The notes under the pieces were generated by a model, which was given only the letters and a program-made list of their open reading frames with translations, made no database searches and was not told the origin of the DNA. This document shows, in pieces, positions 63,505 through 64,000 of a stretch of DNA of 64,000 nucleotides. This DNA comes from Macrostomum lignano. Taxonomy: Eukaryota. The translations under genes and the position numbers were made by a program. Location: the NCBI GenBank assembly GCA_002269645.1, contig NIVC01000858.1, forward strand, positions 201,219 through 265,218, given 5' to 3'. Position 1 is the first letter of the stretch. Every line of letters starts with the position of its first letter.

Positions 63505-64000
63505 CATTCAGACTCAGCTACAGAAACAGTCGCCATACAGTCATGTCTGCTACATTCAGGACTCAGCTCAGAAACAGTTCCACCACACAGTCAGCTGCTC
63601 ACATTCAGGACTCAGCTCAGAAACGTTCCACCATACAGTCAGTCTGCTACATTCAGGACTCAGTCCTCAGAAACAGTTCCGCCTACAGTCAGTCTGCTCA
63701 ATTCAGACTCACTCAGAGAAACAGTTCACCACACAGTCAGCCTGCCTCACATTCAGGACTCAGCTCAGAACAGTTCCACATACAGTCAGTCTGCTCACTT
63801 CAGGACTCAGCTCAAGAAACAGTTCCACCTACACAGTCAGCCTGCTCACATTCAGGACTCAGTCAGAAACAGTTCCACATACAGTCGTTGCTCATTTCAG
63901 GACTACAGCTCAAAACGTTCACACACAGTCACCTGCTCACATTCAGGACTAGCTCAGAAACAGTTCCACAACATAGTCAGTCTGCATCCAATTCACGAAT
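63505..64000. repeat. Diverged ~42-bp minisatellite, open at the window end
   Basis: ACATTCAGGACTCAGCTCAGAAACAGTTCCAC...ACAGTCAG recurs with many indels. Confidence 0.85.

Overview
Eukaryotic (animal) genomic DNA, not prokaryotic. It has GT-AG introns, GC3-rich coding exons with poly-Ala/Gln runs, dense private minisatellites and TTAGGG-derived repeats. This style resembles a flatworm such as Macrostomum lignano (my inference, not verifiable here). 1-7.3 kb is a perfect 31-bp satellite. About 8.4-27.2 kb is gene-free and mostly AT-rich, with decayed retroelements (an RNase H-bearing non-LTR element and a Penelope element with a degenerate hammerhead), a 23-bp satellite, a tRNA-like head and Helitron-like repeats. 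27.2-41.7 kb is a compact cluster: POC1 (+), CCT8 (+), an NPAS4/dysfusion-like bHLH-PAS gene (-), dynein light chain LC8 (-), TRMT9B (+) and a helicase-only Twinkle (+). After more minisatellites come an unrecognised 105-aa secreted Cys-rich protein gene (-) and a very large AJM1 gene (-). Top leads: (1) two divergent, closely packed gene pairs around an 0.8-kb shared upstream region, where TRMT9B, and possibly Twinkle, lack a usable ATG and start at in-phase AG acceptors, as expected if the AUG-ending flatworm spliced leader supplies the start codon; (2) a Twinkle with no primase-like half; (3) the orphan secreted protein; (4) a Cys/UGA-rich in-frame repeat after the NPAS4-like stop. Several single-base frameshifts look like assembly errors. 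All coordinates, copy numbers and splice models were derived by eye.
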